A stretch of 64,000 nt of DNA from Oikopleura dioica (Eukaryota > Animalia > Chordata), in the NCBI GenBank assembly GCA_907165135.1, contig OU015567.1, positions 11,408,001 to 11,472,000 on the forward strand. The letters are read 5' to 3'. Shown here piece after piece: positions 63,179 through 64,000 of this stretch. Position numbers and translations under genes: made by a program. The notes under the pieces are model-generated. The model did no database searches. It was not told where the DNA came from and saw only the letters and a program-made list of their open reading frames with translations. Position 1 is the first letter of the stretch; each line of letters begins with the position of its first letter.

Positions 63179-64000
63179 ATGAGCAATGGGAATGGGTCTA
63201 CCAAAGCATTGTTACAATGTTACCGTTTACGAAAGCCAAATGAGTGTTCCGGTGGACGAGTCGGTCCTCTACATCGCCACTGTCATCCTCCTACGTAAGT
63301 TATTGATAAAAACTACAGAAAGGAGTTTCCCTCTGTCTCCGAGCCAAGTTTAAGTTGCTTAAAATCGCCAAGGGAATAAGTTCTCAACATAAAAGCAAAC
63401 TCGTGGTGACCGCTTATTTGATTTTGCATAATTATCTAATCGTTCTTCAACGTCATGAATTATTGAACAAGAAACTTTTCAACGAGCTGATTCGGAAAAC
63501 AGGACGTTCCAAGCAATAGTTTCTTGCCGTAACGATGCTTATAATTAATTAAGTGATGCTGCTCTTCTCAGTAGTTGGCAATATCATCACACTGATGGCG
63601 ATCACCTTCGGCGACAGAATGCAAAACAAAGCAAACTGCTTTATCTTCTCACTAGCCATGTCCGACCTGCTCTCTGCCCTGGTATCCCCGGTCGGAATCT
63701 ACATTCGCACCTTCGGCTTCAATCCATACCGGTACAGTTTAAAAATACTGTATTTTCAAAGCAGCATGATATAATTTCGCGACTCGACTACTCCATTCTG
63801 CGATAACAATTTCCTTTGACCTCGTTTTCAACCTCTTTTTAGGTGGCCGCACCCGCTTTGCAATGTCTATTGGGCGATTGAAGAATCTACCTCATTCACT
63901 ACTTCGATCCACATTGCTTCATTCGCTGTTTTCCGCTACGTATCTGTTTGCTTGTCACGGGCTCAAACACTATGTTTATATTTTAAATTCACAAGGGCTT
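63179..64000 (+). CDS. Class A (rhodopsin-like) peptide-type GPCR, N-terminal part, truncated by the window end
   Basis: TM1 VVGN; TM2 FIFSLAMSDLL; ECL1 WP..LC; TM3 TSIHIASFAVFRYVSVC; N-terminal NGS sequon. Confidence 0.88.

Overview
Eukaryotic, AT-rich and very gene-dense genomic DNA. It has many tiny introns (about 30-130 nt), several with non-canonical GA or GG donors. This architecture and the gene families present point to the larvacean tunicate Oikopleura dioica or a close relative (inference). About 25 spliced protein-coding genes were reconstructed by eye. Recognisable ones are CSRP/muscle-LIM, supervillin, Cdc25, ACSF2, a GAL3ST-type sulfotransferase, MOB2, a claudin, QRICH2, HN1/Jupiter, an HCN-type channel and a partial class A GPCR. 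Others are two Cys-rich/beta-propeller paralogs, a head-to-head pair of secreted three-finger-like Cys proteins, and several orphans. The window also holds one tRNA-Ala(CGC) and two TTAA-flanked MITEs. No prokaryotic systems (CRISPR, IS, operator arrays) were seen. The best candidates for novelty are: an HCN-like channel lacking the residues that set gating polarity; a DCC/Neogenin-like receptor tail with almost no ectodomain; a secreted cationic peptide ending in a C-x5-C ring; a membrane-tethered cystine-knot-like protein; and a 3'UTR cluster of STAR/Quaking motifs. Exon boundaries and several start codons are manual estimates.
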